Positions 37,514 to 47,600 are shown, counted from the stretch's first letter. The stretch is DNA of 64,000 nucleotides from a virus (IMGVR_UViG_3300029705_000023:109563-173562); one strand, 5' to 3'. Translations and numbers: made by a program. The notes: generated from the letters alone by a model not told the origin.

Positions 37514-37909
37514 ATGAAAGAGAAAGTTTTGAAAGCGTTGTGGTGGGCGTGGATGCTGCTGCCGATCGGTCTGGCGTGTTTTGTGCTGCCGATCCCGTGT
37601 TTTGGGGTGTGGGTTTTAATTACGACCGGAGATCCAGAGGCATTGATTCTTTTAATGCCGGTCATCTTCTCTGGAGTAATGTATGCCTTCTATCGATATG
37701 CTGTCCGGTGTTCCAGTTTCATCGCGCTGCATGGGGCTGCATGGAATCTTGTGGCATGGCTTCAGCTGTCTATTTTTGTAAAATACATTGCAGATACCGT
37801 AGGACCTGCTGCGTTCACTGCGGGTACAGGGTGGGGAATACTCGGAGAACTGCTCGTACTCGGAGGACTGCAATGTATTTTGTGGCTCATTTTGAAGATC
37901 GTCCGATAG
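37514..37909 (+). CDS. Multi-pass membrane protein (132 aa)
   Basis: Trimmed to ATG 37514 with AAAGGAGAA RBS. Four hydrophobic helices. Confidence 0.45.
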   Translation: MKEKVLKALWWAWMLLPIGLACFVLPIPCFGVWVLITTGDPEALILLMPVIFSGVMYAFYRYAVRCSSFIALHGAAWNLVAWLQLSIFVKYIADTVGPAAFTAGTGWGILGELLVLGGLQCILWLILKIVR

Positions 37910-37929
37910 CCTGCAAAGGCGTATATCTA

Positions 37930-38328
37930 TCAGCGGGACGGGGTATAATTATTGGGCATTGGAAATGCCATATTATACCACGTTGGATTTTCCAAAGAAC
38001 CTAATCCGGCACGAAGCCAATCTCCCGGCTGATACCAGCGTGTACTGTTGTAGCCTTCCTGCTGCCAGGCTCTTAGCTTCTTCTGATGGTCGGTCAGTTC
38101 ACCGCGTTGCCGGGCTGTCGCGTTGCTGCCGTTATCCAACATTTCAAGCATATCATATTTGTCTTCAGGGCTGGGACGGGATACACGGCTGTTGTCTGCC
38201 GTTTGGGGCTTAGGCTTGGAGGGACCAAACCAGCCAGCCCGTTTCTGCATCATTCTCTGTTCCCGGATCAGTCTCGCGACGGTCGCGTACTTTCGTAACT
38301 GCTCGGCGGCAGCTCGTTTGTTGAGCAT
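37930..38328 (-). CDS. Hypothetical protein (132 aa)
   Basis: ORF convergent to 37514..37909. No family recognised. Confidence 0.35.
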   Translation of the reverse strand: MLNKRAAAEQLRKYATVARLIREQRMMQKRAGWFGPSKPKPQTADNSRVSRPSPEDKYDMLEMLDNGSNATARQRGELTDHQKKLRAWQQEGYNSTRWYQPGDWLRAGLGSLENPTWYNMAFPMPNNYTPSR

Positions 38329-38450
38329 ATAATATCTCCTGTAAAAAAAGGGTAACTGTTAATCTTGAAATAATATAACCCGGTTTCACGTTTATGCGAA
38401 ACCGTGTTTCTTTTTTAGGTGTCAGAAGTACTTAAACGAGTCTTTGAGGC

Positions 38451-38472
38451 ATATATATATATATATATATAT
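38451..38472. repeat. (AT)11 dinucleotide microsatellite in a divergent intergenic region
   Basis: atatatatatatatatatatat, immediately followed by TTGACT. Confidence 0.9.
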
Positions 38473-38531
38473 TGACTACAAAGAGGCTACGTGTTGCCGC
38501 CTCGAAAAATTTTTTATGAAAGGAATTAGTT

Positions 38532-38993
38532 ATGTTCAAAAATGCAGTCATTCGTTTCGTTGCACAGGTTCTGTTCACGTTGTATACCGGCGTTGTGGTG
38601 TGCATGCTCGCGATGGCGGCACACAGTGTCATCATCACGTATGCGTATATGCAGTGGGAACCGGCTATCGCTGCCATGATCCCGGCGGTAGGGATCCTCG
38701 GGATCATGGCAGCCAATACGGTATATCGCCTGTGGGTTCTCCTTAAAAGAAACCCGCGAGAAAAGTATTATCTTATGGAGGTGTTTGACATTGGAATGTT
38801 GAGCACGCTGTCTTTCCAACTGATGGCGCTGAGTGCCATGGTGCTGTTTTGTTCCTGGTTGTTTCCAGGCGGCACGGTCACGCTTCACGTGCTGGGCGCA
38901 GAGCAGCGCATATATCTGGAAAAAATGTACTGCGCAGGTACAGGAAATTACAGCCTAACAAGAAAAGAACGGTGTGAGCGTTCTTTTTTTTAG
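38532..38993 (+). CDS. Multi-pass membrane protein (153 aa)
   Basis: AAAGGA RBS 9 nt upstream. Hydrophobic helices throughout. Confidence 0.45.
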   Translation: MFKNAVIRFVAQVLFTLYTGVVVCMLAMAAHSVIITYAYMQWEPAIAAMIPAVGILGIMAANTVYRLWVLLKRNPREKYYLMEVFDIGMLSTLSFQLMALSAMVLFCSWLFPGGTVTLHVLGAEQRIYLEKMYCAGTGNYSLTRKERCERSFF

Positions 38994-39061
38994 CTTTTAC
39001 AACGTTTCCCAGAAATTTTCTGAAATAGCTGTAACAGTCCGCCGTTATATAAATAGACAGG

Positions 39062-39466
39062 CTAGAATACCTGATTCAGTCCGTCCGGGCAGATGACTTG
39101 CTGATGGGTATAGTCGTAAATTGGCTGCGGTTCTTTTGAAGGTCTGCGTCCCAGCTGTTCGGTTGCTTCCCGGGGTGAAGGCAGGAGATTCGGAGCCGAT
39201 CGCAAGGTTGCATATGCCGCTGCCAGTGCCTGACGCTCCAATTGTTGGAGAAGGTCCCGCTTTTCCTGTTCGCGCGTGGGATTAATGAGCAGATCCGGGA
39301 GATCACGTACCTCCTTGCTGTCCAGTATTGCGGACAGGCGCGTATCGACGGCTTTCTCGGCTTCCGGTGTCATGGGGATCCGGGAGCGAAGTCCGTTCAG
39401 CACTGCGGAAACGGCTTGATCCGGGATATTTACTACTGGCAGACGTGGACTGGAAGATAGATACAT
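39062..39466 (-). CDS. Hypothetical protein (134 aa)
   Basis: ORF only. No recognisable family. Confidence 0.3.
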   Translation of the reverse strand: MYLSSSPRLPVVNIPDQAVSAVLNGLRSRIPMTPEAEKAVDTRLSAILDSKEVRDLPDLLINPTREQEKRDLLQQLERQALAAAYATLRSAPNLLPSPREATEQLGRRPSKEPQPIYDYTHQQVICPDGLNQVF

Positions 39467-39607
39467 TCCGGGAAGTTCTCAAATCGTACGCTCTGAACGG
39501 TATTTCCCGAGGTCTTGGTAAGCACTGTATTTGTGCTATCTCAATTTCAAGTGTACACTAAGGCATTCGGTTGCGAAACAAGTTAGTTGCAAAGTAAAGG
39601 AGGACAC

Positions 39608-39958
39608 ATGGGCACCTACCTGGTAAAAGAGGCAGCTTACCAACAGCTGACCAAACTGGCACAGGCTGTCGATATTATTCGGCAAGTTAAACGGGCAGAG
39701 AAAAATAAAATACGTATGGACGATAAAACAACCTGGATGCAGGATACACCGTTTAGAGAGTACCTTGTATACAGTCCCGGACCAGACCGAATGCGCCCTA
39801 AGAAAATGACTCCATCTAACTATGCCGTAGTGTACATGCCGTTCGAGCCGAAGGGGCAGCAATTCCGTCTAGCGACTTCTGCCGATATGCACCTGCCGGT
39901 TGCGGACCCAGTCCAGCTTAGAAAGTCGCTAGAAGCACAGGAACTCAAGGCGCGGTAG
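39608..39958 (+). CDS. Hypothetical protein (116 aa)
   Basis: Trimmed to ATG 39608 with AAAGGAGGA RBS. Confidence 0.45.
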   Translation: MGTYLVKEAAYQQLTKLAQAVDIIRQVKRAEKNKIRMDDKTTWMQDTPFREYLVYSPGPDRMRPKKMTPSNYAVVYMPFEPKGQQFRLATSADMHLPVADPVQLRKSLEAQELKAR

Positions 39959-40361
39959 CCGTCCGTTCTTTTGGACACAGGAACAGCATTGAAGTGAGAA
40001 GTGTCTTTTGTGAGATGTACAGAAGCGCAAAGATCTCCGGATTACTAAAACCATGAAGATCCAGTTCGTGATTAATACTGAATACTGCCCAGTGCATTCG
40101 ATGGATTGCCAGATCCATCATAAACAGAATGGTTAGGGCAGTGCACAGGTGAAACTTTCTGAATCGTACCAGCACGTAAGCCAGCCCCAGATTTATGCCG
40201 CACATGAAAAACAGCATACAGGTAAGCTCAAGGTCAATATCCAGCACACAGGTGTCAAACGGGTCTGTGAGCACTTCAAACAGAAGTGCCAATATGTAAA
40301 TAAGTACGCCTAAATTCAGCCAGCAAAGGGCTTGTACCCCTTTATGAATCCAGATTCTCAT
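39945..40361 (-). CDS. Multi-pass membrane protein (138 aa)
   Basis: Trimmed to ATG 40361 with AAAGGTGG RBS. Hydrophobic helices. Confidence 0.45.
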   Translation of the reverse strand: MRIWIHKGVQALCWLNLGVLIYILALLFEVLTDPFDTCVLDIDLELTCMLFFMCGINLGLAYVLVRFRKFHLCTALTILFMMDLAIHRMHWAVFSINHELDLHGFSNPEIFALLYISQKTLLTSMLFLCPKERTATAP

Positions 40362-40494
40362 ATTATGTGCCACCTTTCTGAAAAACAACTTTCCCCAAAA
40401 ACACGCTAAATAATATATATACGCATAGACGCTTAAATGGTTCAGCCGTCATAATATTGTAGCTAATATTATGACGGTTGTTACTATTGTCTCT

Positions 40495-41520
40495 TTATTT
40501 TTGGTCTTTATGCCTCTTTATCTGCCGGTCGATCTGCTCGTTGGTATTGATGCAGGTTATTTTCACATCCGGGTGCTGCCGGTGCCAGACCGTGAAGAGC
40601 TCATGCGCGAAAGGCTGCATCAGCTCGTCGATGCCGTCGAAGTCGAGGATGACTTCCGTTTTACCCTCAAAATTGACGGCGAGCCGCCGGGCTGCGGAAC
40701 GGGCGATCAGCGTGCTTCCGGTCAGAGAGATCTTCTTCAGCGGAACGATCACACGGAAGAAGCCGTCATCCGGATTGGCGTGCGGAGCGCCTTCCAGAGT
40801 CCTTTGCGTGTTGCGGTGTGTACGAAAAACGACCTTTGTTCCTTTTGGGGGAGAATGGTCGTCTTCCTGACAGATGCCGGTCAGCTGCTCCGGGTCGCGC
40901 GTAAAAAGCAGTCCATCGGACCAGATACGCAGGGAGTCCGCGAGGATAGCTGAGTTGTAGATCCCCTGTCCTCCGTGGTTTTCCGGAGCACTTGTAAAAC
41001 CGCCGGGAAAGAGCTGGGCGAGAGCTGCCTGCAAAGTGATTTCCGAGTTCAGGACCTCCGAAAAGTGTTTCTGGATACGGCGGAATATCCCGATCCCGTC
41101 ATCCTGGATCAGGCAGACAATATCCACAGGGGAAACACGTACTGTCACGGTGATCTTTTTAGCGGAAGCATGCTCCAGCGCGTTGTTCAGAAGTTCCAGA
41201 AAGTTATGGACGAAGCTGTTAAACGCTCTTTTGGGAAACCCCTGAACGTCCGCCAGGAAGTAATTGAAAACCGCCTCCTCGTCCATCTGGAGTTTCTTCT
41301 GTGTCAGAACTTCCGTATGCTCCCGGTAGACCAGTCTCCAGCCGGTTTCGTCCTTTCGCAGGAAGCCCTCTTCCGCGAGACGTTTCAGGTATTTTTGCAC
41401 AGTAGCTCTGGATACCTGAAAAGTCTCCTGCACTTTTTTGGAAAAATTGACTTCATTCCGACAGATCTGCTCAAGGATATACTGCCGAAGTTCTTCGCGT
41501 TTTTTGACTGAAAGCGACAT
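40495..41520 (-). CDS. HTH plus GHKL (HATPase_c) plus C-terminal STAS-like (DUF4325-like) regulator (341 aa)
   Basis: N-terminal HTH (VSRATVQKYLKRLAEEGFL). GHKL N-box LLNNALEHA. G1 box IQDDGIGI. G2-like GGQGIY. C-terminal roughly 90 aa resemble a STAS-like partner-switch domain. AAGGGGG RBS. Confidence 0.55.
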   Translation of the reverse strand: MSLSVKKREELRQYILEQICRNEVNFSKKVQETFQVSRATVQKYLKRLAEEGFLRKDETGWRLVYREHTEVLTQKKLQMDEEAVFNYFLADVQGFPKRAFNSFVHNFLELLNNALEHASAKKITVTVRVSPVDIVCLIQDDGIGIFRRIQKHFSEVLNSEITLQAALAQLFPGGFTSAPENHGGQGIYNSAILADSLRIWSDGLLFTRDPEQLTGICQEDDHSPPKGTKVVFRTHRNTQRTLEGAPHANPDDGFFRVIVPLKKISLTGSTLIARSAARRLAVNFEGKTEVILDFDGIDELMQPFAHELFTVWHRQHPDVKITCINTNEQIDRQIKRHKDQK

Positions 41521-41571
41521 AACACACCCCCTTTGTAAACTTAAATCATTATACCATGCAATTTAAGAAAA

Positions 41572-41988
41572 TCAAGAGGGGGCAGATAAATCAGCGGAGC
41601 ATTCCAGACTTCCTTCCTGATCTTTCCTGAATTCCTGCTTAACTTCTTCCGACGGTTCCGGGACTGGAAAGTGCTCCAGTTCGTAGGTTTCTGCCTTGAT
41701 CGACAGGTCCAGAAGTTCCGATATATCTTCTGCGTCTTCCGAATCTTTCATCAGGACTTCGATCCGGTCCATCATTTTCTTGTATTCGTCGGCGGTTATT
41801 TTATTACTCGGATGGGTTTCCAAATCAGCCAGCCTTTCTGTAAATTCTTCGATCAGATACCTCCTGGATCTCTGTTCCAGCTCCATACGGCGCTGAAGTT
41901 TTTTGAGTTCCTCGTCCATCTGTGTGACTTTGCGGTTAAGCTGTTCAAGACTTATATCCTGCGTTTCACGGCTTCGTCCAAAAAACAT
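41572..41988 (-). CDS. Coiled-coil protein (138 aa)
   Basis: AGGAGA RBS. Heptad-rich (LEQLNRKVTQMDEELKKLQRRMELEQRSRRYLIEEF). Confidence 0.4.
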   Translation of the reverse strand: MFFGRSRETQDISLEQLNRKVTQMDEELKKLQRRMELEQRSRRYLIEEFTERLADLETHPSNKITADEYKKMMDRIEVLMKDSEDAEDISELLDLSIKAETYELEHFPVPEPSEEVKQEFRKDQEGSLECSADLSAPS

Positions 41989-41997
41989 TTTGTAGTC

Positions 41998-42030
41998 TCC
42001 TATAAAAACGGGACAGCATTCACTGTCCCT
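41998..42030 (-). terminator. Rho-independent terminator following the 41-codon ORF on the minus strand
   Basis: On the minus strand: GGACAG-tgaatg-CTGTCC-CGTTTTTAT, 8 nt after the TAG. Confidence 0.5.
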
Positions 42031-42037
42031 ATGTGCT

Positions 42038-42163
42038 CTATTTCGTTACCTTGAAGGTCTGACGTTCCTTGAACTCTTCCTGTTTGCCGCGGTTCCAGTT
42101 GGCAACAGGGCGGTAGTAGCCGCAGACGCGGGAGTAACGTTCACAAGGTTGATTGCAGGGCAT
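42038..42163 (-). CDS. Orphan 41-aa ORF encoding an NrdD-type glycyl-radical C-terminal motif (MPCNQPCERYSRVCGYYRPVANWNRGKQEEFKERQTFKVTK)
   Basis: Not in the ORF track because it is under 60 aa. ATG 42163 is preceded by GGAGGAG. Matches the anaerobic ribonucleotide reductase C-terminus (RRVCGYLGSPDARPFNAGKQEEVKRRVKH) including the radical glycine. Has its own terminator and a divergent promoter region. Confidence 0.45.
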   Translation of the reverse strand: MPCNQPCERYSRVCGYYRPVANWNRGKQEEFKERQTFKVTK

Positions 42164-42315
42164 AAGCTCCTCCTGTGGGTTAAGGGTTGAAAAAGTCTGT
42201 CCATTTTATCGAAAACAGCGTTTTCTGACAAATCCGGTTTCTTTGAAAAAACCTGAAACTGATATATAGTAAGCCGGATGGGCAGGTTGTCAAGTTATTA
42301 ATAACAGGAGGTTTT

Positions 42316-42825
42316 ATGCGAGGCGAGATCACGCTCTGGAAGGAAGATCCAGAGGGAAAAATCATATTCTGGAAATCTGAAAATCAGATCCAGGACGGGC
42401 ATACGGCGGTCCTTGCCGCGATGCTGGCTGGTGAGGAAAAAGCCGGGATCAATACGATCTATCTGGAATTTGAGAATACATCCGGAGAAGTCACTCCCGT
42501 AAGTTTCAGCACAGCGGAAGGGGCGGAATACTTCACAGGGTTGACTGGTTCCGCGGATTTTGTGCGAAAGCCTATCGAGATCAAGCCGGTCAGAAATGAC
42601 GATAATTCCGTGACATTCTCGGCGGTCTTCGGCAATGAGACCGGGTTTCACGGACTGCCTTTCGGCGGAACAGGTGTCACGTCCAAAGTCTGCGGCGCGG
42701 CGCTGGTCATGGCGGTTTCAGACGATCAGACGCAGGATATTGTCTTCGCACGAAAGAACTACGATCCTGTAAAAGTAAAGACGACCGAGCAGATGTACAT
42801 CTCGTGGACTATTTATCTGGACTAA
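42316..42825 (+). CDS. Hypothetical tail-fibre-module protein (169 aa)
   Basis: AGGAGG RBS. First gene of the plus-strand fibre block. Confidence 0.45.
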   Translation: MRGEITLWKEDPEGKIIFWKSENQIQDGHTAVLAAMLAGEEKAGINTIYLEFENTSGEVTPVSFSTAEGAEYFTGLTGSADFVRKPIEIKPVRNDDNSVTFSAVFGNETGFHGLPFGGTGVTSKVCGAALVMAVSDDQTQDIVFARKNYDPVKVKTTEQMYISWTIYLD

Positions 42826-42904
42826 GTTTGGTCAGAGCAGGGTGCTCCGTTAAAATGCGGGGGTTTCAGACACCAGCCGCGTTCTACTTTAAGAAAGGAA
42901 ATAC

Positions 42905-43702
42905 ATGGCAGTTACCACTTACACAAATCAGAATCTCACGCTTATTCGGGAAGACGGAAGCGATCCTACCGGATCAGGCGGAAAGATCATCAACGACAAC
43001 TTTAAGAAGATCGACGAGGCTCTGTTTTCCGGAACTTCTGCGATCGTGGAGTACGCCCGAAACGCAAACTACGCCAACACTGCGAGTTATGCGAGTTACG
43101 CGAATTACGCTTACTCCTGTTCCCATGGAAGCGGCGGAAGCGGCGGAGCCGGCGGATACGCCAGTCTACCCGGATATGCAGATCCCTGGTATTCCTACCC
43201 GTATGCCAGCAACGACGTCTATAAGCCAATTTCGATATGGGGCAGCCAGACCAGTACATACGTTTACTCTACCGGCTCCGGATATTCCGCAAGCGGAGGA
43301 GCCTCATTCGCCTGTGTCCCTCCGTTCGGCCCCTTCTCCCTGCGTGCAAATATGGTCTTCTATCGCTCGGCCGATTTTCAGTCCGCGATCTTTGCAGATG
43401 TGCTCATCTTTGGATGGAATTTGGAGATAGCCTCGGTAAAGATCCTGCATTCCTACAAAATTGACGGGAGCGACGTAGAAGTCACGGGGCACAGATCATT
43501 ATACATGCCCAGCTTTAACCCGTCTATAGGCGCAGAGATCGTCGGCGGCATGCTGCAGTTCGGAGCGCACGACGGCACATACGATGGGACGTTTTTTATT
43601 CACGCGCGTGTTGAGAATACATTCCCAGGAACAGGTGACAACGGCTCCTTCTACTCGGGTGCTCTCAGCTCACACGACTCTCTCGCCGGCTCTTCATCCT
43701 GA
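42905..43702 (+). CDS. Tail fibre-like protein (265 aa)
   Basis: N-terminus YTNQNLTLIRE...GGKIINDNFKKIDEAL resembles the conserved tail-fibre N-terminal motif (N..N.NKIE.GI). Gly/Ser/Tyr-rich C-terminal half. Confidence 0.5.
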   Translation: MAVTTYTNQNLTLIREDGSDPTGSGGKIINDNFKKIDEALFSGTSAIVEYARNANYANTASYASYANYAYSCSHGSGGSGGAGGYASLPGYADPWYSYPYASNDVYKPISIWGSQTSTYVYSTGSGYSASGGASFACVPPFGPFSLRANMVFYRSADFQSAIFADVLIFGWNLEIASVKILHSYKIDGSDVEVTGHRSLYMPSFNPSIGAEIVGGMLQFGAHDGTYDGTFFIHARVENTFPGTGDNGSFYSGALSSHDSLAGSSS

Positions 43703-43765
43703 CCTGAGCGGGAAGAATCGGGCAGTCTCCTTTCTCCAAACAGCTCATAGCTAGAAAGAACTTTC

Positions 43766-44527
43766 ATGATTTACGTAATTTCTCATGACGACGAAAAATT
43801 TCAGGCTTTCCAGGACCGTCTGGGAGCCGTATTGACAGAGATCCCGGACATCGAGCGGATCAATATTACGCCGGAAAACAACACGGAAGAAGTTCCGAAA
43901 TGGTGGATGGCTCTGCCGGACCGCTGGGCTTTGTGCTGCGCCATCAAAACCGCCCTGCAGATGGCGATGGACCGCGGCGAGGACTGCGAGCTTTATGAGC
44001 AGGATGCGGTTTTTGCCGAGGATTTCGAAACGCGCCGGGAAGCCTTTCTTGCGGCTCTTCCTGAAGATTGGAACATGGCGTATTTCGGCGGACAGTGCCT
44101 TGCGCTGAACTTTTATCCCTTGAAAGAGGTTGAAGGGAATGACGCCGTGCTCCTTTGCAAAAATGCCCATCGAAACCACGCCTGGGTCTGTCGGCATTCC
44201 TTCATTCCAAGACTATTGGAATGGCTGGAAGGTGAACGCTGGCCGAGCCGTCATACGACCGACTGGCGCATTGGCTATCTTCAGATGAAAGACGACGTGC
44301 ACGTCTACATCCCGAAAGCGGGCTGGATAGCGGGGCAGGCCGGCGGCTTTTCGGATCTGGATCGGATCGAGCGTCCGGAACGGTGGTGGCACTTCACCCC
44401 GGAGGAACGCGCGGCGGAACAGAAGCTCTGGATGGAGTTTGATGAACAAAAGCGTGTGGAGGCCGAGAAGAAGCGCTTCGAAGAGTGGAAGAAGAAGCAG
44501 GAAGAAAAGGCAGCCGCGAACGAGTAA
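43766..44527 (+). CDS. Glycosyltransferase family 25-like protein (253 aa)
   Basis: N-terminus MIYVISHDDEKFQAFQDRL resembles the GT25 start (YVISL...eRR). Lys/Glu-rich C-terminal helix. Confidence 0.35.
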   Translation: MIYVISHDDEKFQAFQDRLGAVLTEIPDIERINITPENNTEEVPKWWMALPDRWALCCAIKTALQMAMDRGEDCELYEQDAVFAEDFETRREAFLAALPEDWNMAYFGGQCLALNFYPLKEVEGNDAVLLCKNAHRNHAWVCRHSFIPRLLEWLEGERWPSRHTTDWRIGYLQMKDDVHVYIPKAGWIAGQAGGFSDLDRIERPERWWHFTPEERAAEQKLWMEFDEQKRVEAEKKRFEEWKKKQEEKAAANE

Positions 44528-44623
44528 TACTTTTCATTGAGATCCAAATGAGGGAGGGACAAAAATCAAAAAAGGTTCCTCCCTCAATGCCGTTACACTA
44601 TTAAACCCTGAAAGGTTCTCTAT

Positions 44624-47600
44624 ATGGCATCCTATGCTAACCTTAACTTAAATGACTATGCCGGTCTGACGAAGGAGGACTATGCGCAGATGGCGCTTTC
44701 CGGCACGGATTCCGGTTCAGGTTCCGGTTCTGACACGGGGACCGGTTCCGGAGCGTGTCTCTGGACGGAAGCGCTGATCCAGTCGCTTCAGAGCTCGATC
44801 GCGAACCTTGAAACGAAAATGGATTCGCTTTCTTCGGACGTTGCGGCTTTGAAGACCTATGGCGACACACACTGGAAGACCGCGAACGTTTCTGCTTTGG
44901 CAACTTCTGCGGCTTTGACTTCTGCGAAGGATGTAATTCTCGCAGAGTGTGCAACTGCGGAAGGTTTCGCAACTTCCGAGGAGTTGGAAGCGGCCAAAAG
45001 TACCCTCTACGACAAGCTGGATTCCGACCTGAACAGCATCCGCATCGACTGCAGGACCGCGGAAGGTTTCGCAACTCCGGCGGATGTTACATATGCGAAA
45101 AATGTGATCCTTGAAAGCATTGAAAGCATTCCGGAAACGGATCTTTCCAAAGTCGCGAAGATCGACGACGTGAAAAACCTTGCGAAAGAGTCCACGGTCC
45201 AGACATTGGCGACCTCGGAAGGTCTCACACTTGCGAAGGATGCGATCCTCGCAGGGTGTGCAACGGCCGAAGGTTTCGCGACGCCGGCGGATGTTACATC
45301 TGCGAAGGATGCCATCCTTGCGAACATGAACACTTCGATCGGTTCCGTACCTGCGCAGGTGTGGAACTATGGGAAAGATGAAACCGAGGAACTTTCCACA
45401 GTTCGCGAACTTTCCAGCTTCACCGAGGCGTCTCTTTCGGGACTTGCGACTTCGGAACAGGTTGCAGACCTTGCGAAAGAAGCGACCCTTAACGAAGTTG
45501 CGAAGTTCACAGGAATTGCAAGGTCTACAGAAATTACATCCGCGCGGGATGCGATCCTCAACGAAATGGATACTCTGGCGACTGCGGTAAGTGCCCAGGA
45601 CATTAAAACTGTTTCGGATGAGATCAAGGCGGCGGTTACGAACATTTCCGGAAGTGTGAATACCATTTCAGGTTACACAGATGAACTGGAAGGAATGGTC
45701 GGCGAACTGCGGACTTCCGTCAATGATCTTCCCACCGCGAATAATATTGCTTCCGCAGTGTGGAACTTCGGGAACAGTACAGGTTCCGAAACTTCCACAG
45801 TTCGCGAACTTACGAACTTCCCGATGGTCGACATCTCCGGACTTGCGAAAGTCTCCGACGTTGCCGACCTGGCGACGATGGAATACGTCCAGACATTGGC
45901 AACTTCGGAAGGTCTGACACTCGCGAAGAATGCCATTCTCGAACAGTGCGCAACTGCCGAAGGTTTCGCAGTTCCCGCAGATATTACATCTTCCCAGAAT
46001 GTCATCCTCCAGAAGATCGACAACATCCCGACTGTGGATCTCGACGGGATCGCGAAGACGACGGATCTGAACGATCTGGCGAGAGAGACGACTCTGGAAA
46101 ACGCACAAAGTGCGCTGGCTGCACAACTTACCGAGGTTGGAAAGTTCAACGGAATCGCAAAGGCTGCGGATGTTCAGGCTGCCCAGAATGCTATTGTGGC
46201 GGAATGCGCAACGGCTGCGGGTTTCGCAACTCCGTCAGATGTGACACTTGCGGCAGATGCGCTGCCTGCGAAGGTTTGGAACTATGGGAAAGACGAAACC
46301 GAAGAGCTTTCCGAAATTCGCGAACTTACCAACTTCACCGAATCGTCTCTTTCCCAGCTTGCGAAGTCTTCCGAACTTGACGCACTTGCGAAGGATGCGA
46401 CCGTTGCGAAGGAAGCAACTGTTCAGGAAGTTGCGAAGTTTACGGGAATTGCAACGCTGGAAAGTGTGACACTTGCGAAGGATGCCATTCTCGCGGACTG
46501 CAAAACCGCCGAAGGTTTCGCAACTCCGGCAGACATCACAGCTTCCCGGAATGTCATCGTCGGGAAGATCGAAAGTATTCCGACGGTGGATCTTTCCGAA
46601 CTCGCGAAATCTTCCGAACTTTCAACTCTCGCGAAAGAAGCGACTGTTCAGACATTGGCCACTTCTGCGGCTTTAACTTCTGCGAAAGATGACATTCTTC
46701 TGGAAATTGAAAGCATTCCGGCTGTTGATCTTTCCGAAGTTGCTAAGTCTTCCGAACTTTCAACTCTCGCGAAAGAAGCAACTCTCACCGAAGTCGGCAG
46801 GTTCACCGGATTGGCTACTTCCGAAGGTTTGACCTCTGCCAAAGATGCGATTCTCGCGCAATGTGCGACTGCGGAAGGTTTCGCAGCTCCCGCAGATATT
46901 ACTTCCGCGAAGAATGAAATTCTCACGAAGATTGAAGGCATCCCGACGGTTGATCTTTCCGAAGTTGCGAAATCTGCTGAACTTGAAACTCTCGCCAGGG
47001 AAGCAACGGTTCAGACATTGGCAACTTCCGCAGGTTTGAACTCTGTCCAGAATGCCATCCTCACGGAAATGGAAACTCTGGCGACTGCCGTAACCGCTCA
47101 GGATATTAAAGCTGTTTCGGATGAAATCAAATCGGCCGTAACTTCCATTTCTGGAAATGTTCAAACGATTTCCGGCTACACAGATGAACTGGAAGGAATG
47201 GTCGGCGAACTGCGAACTTCCGTAAGTGATCTTCCTTCGGCGGGTAATATTGCTGAAAAGGTTTGGAACTACGGAAATAATGAAACTTCCGAAACCTCCA
47301 ATGTCCGCGAACTTTCAGCTTTCCCGATGGTTGACATTTCCGGCCTTGCGAAATCTTCCGAACTTGAAACTCTCGCGAAGTCTGCACAGTTTGAAGGGAT
47401 CGCAACACTGGAAAGTGTCACATCTGCGAAGAATGACATTCTCACCGGAATTGAAAGTATCCCGGCTGTTGATCTCTCCGAAGTTGCGAAGTCTGCTGAA
47501 CTTTCAACTCTTGCGAAAGAAGCGACTGTTCAGACATTGGCTACTTCTGAAGGTTTAACTTCTGCGAAGAATGCAATTCTGGAAAGCATTGAAAGTATCC

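Noticed and set aside
38444-38746. 100-aa ORF spanning the (AT)11 tract
   Set aside because: Starts inside the microsatellite and is out of frame with the well-supported membrane-protein gene at 38532.
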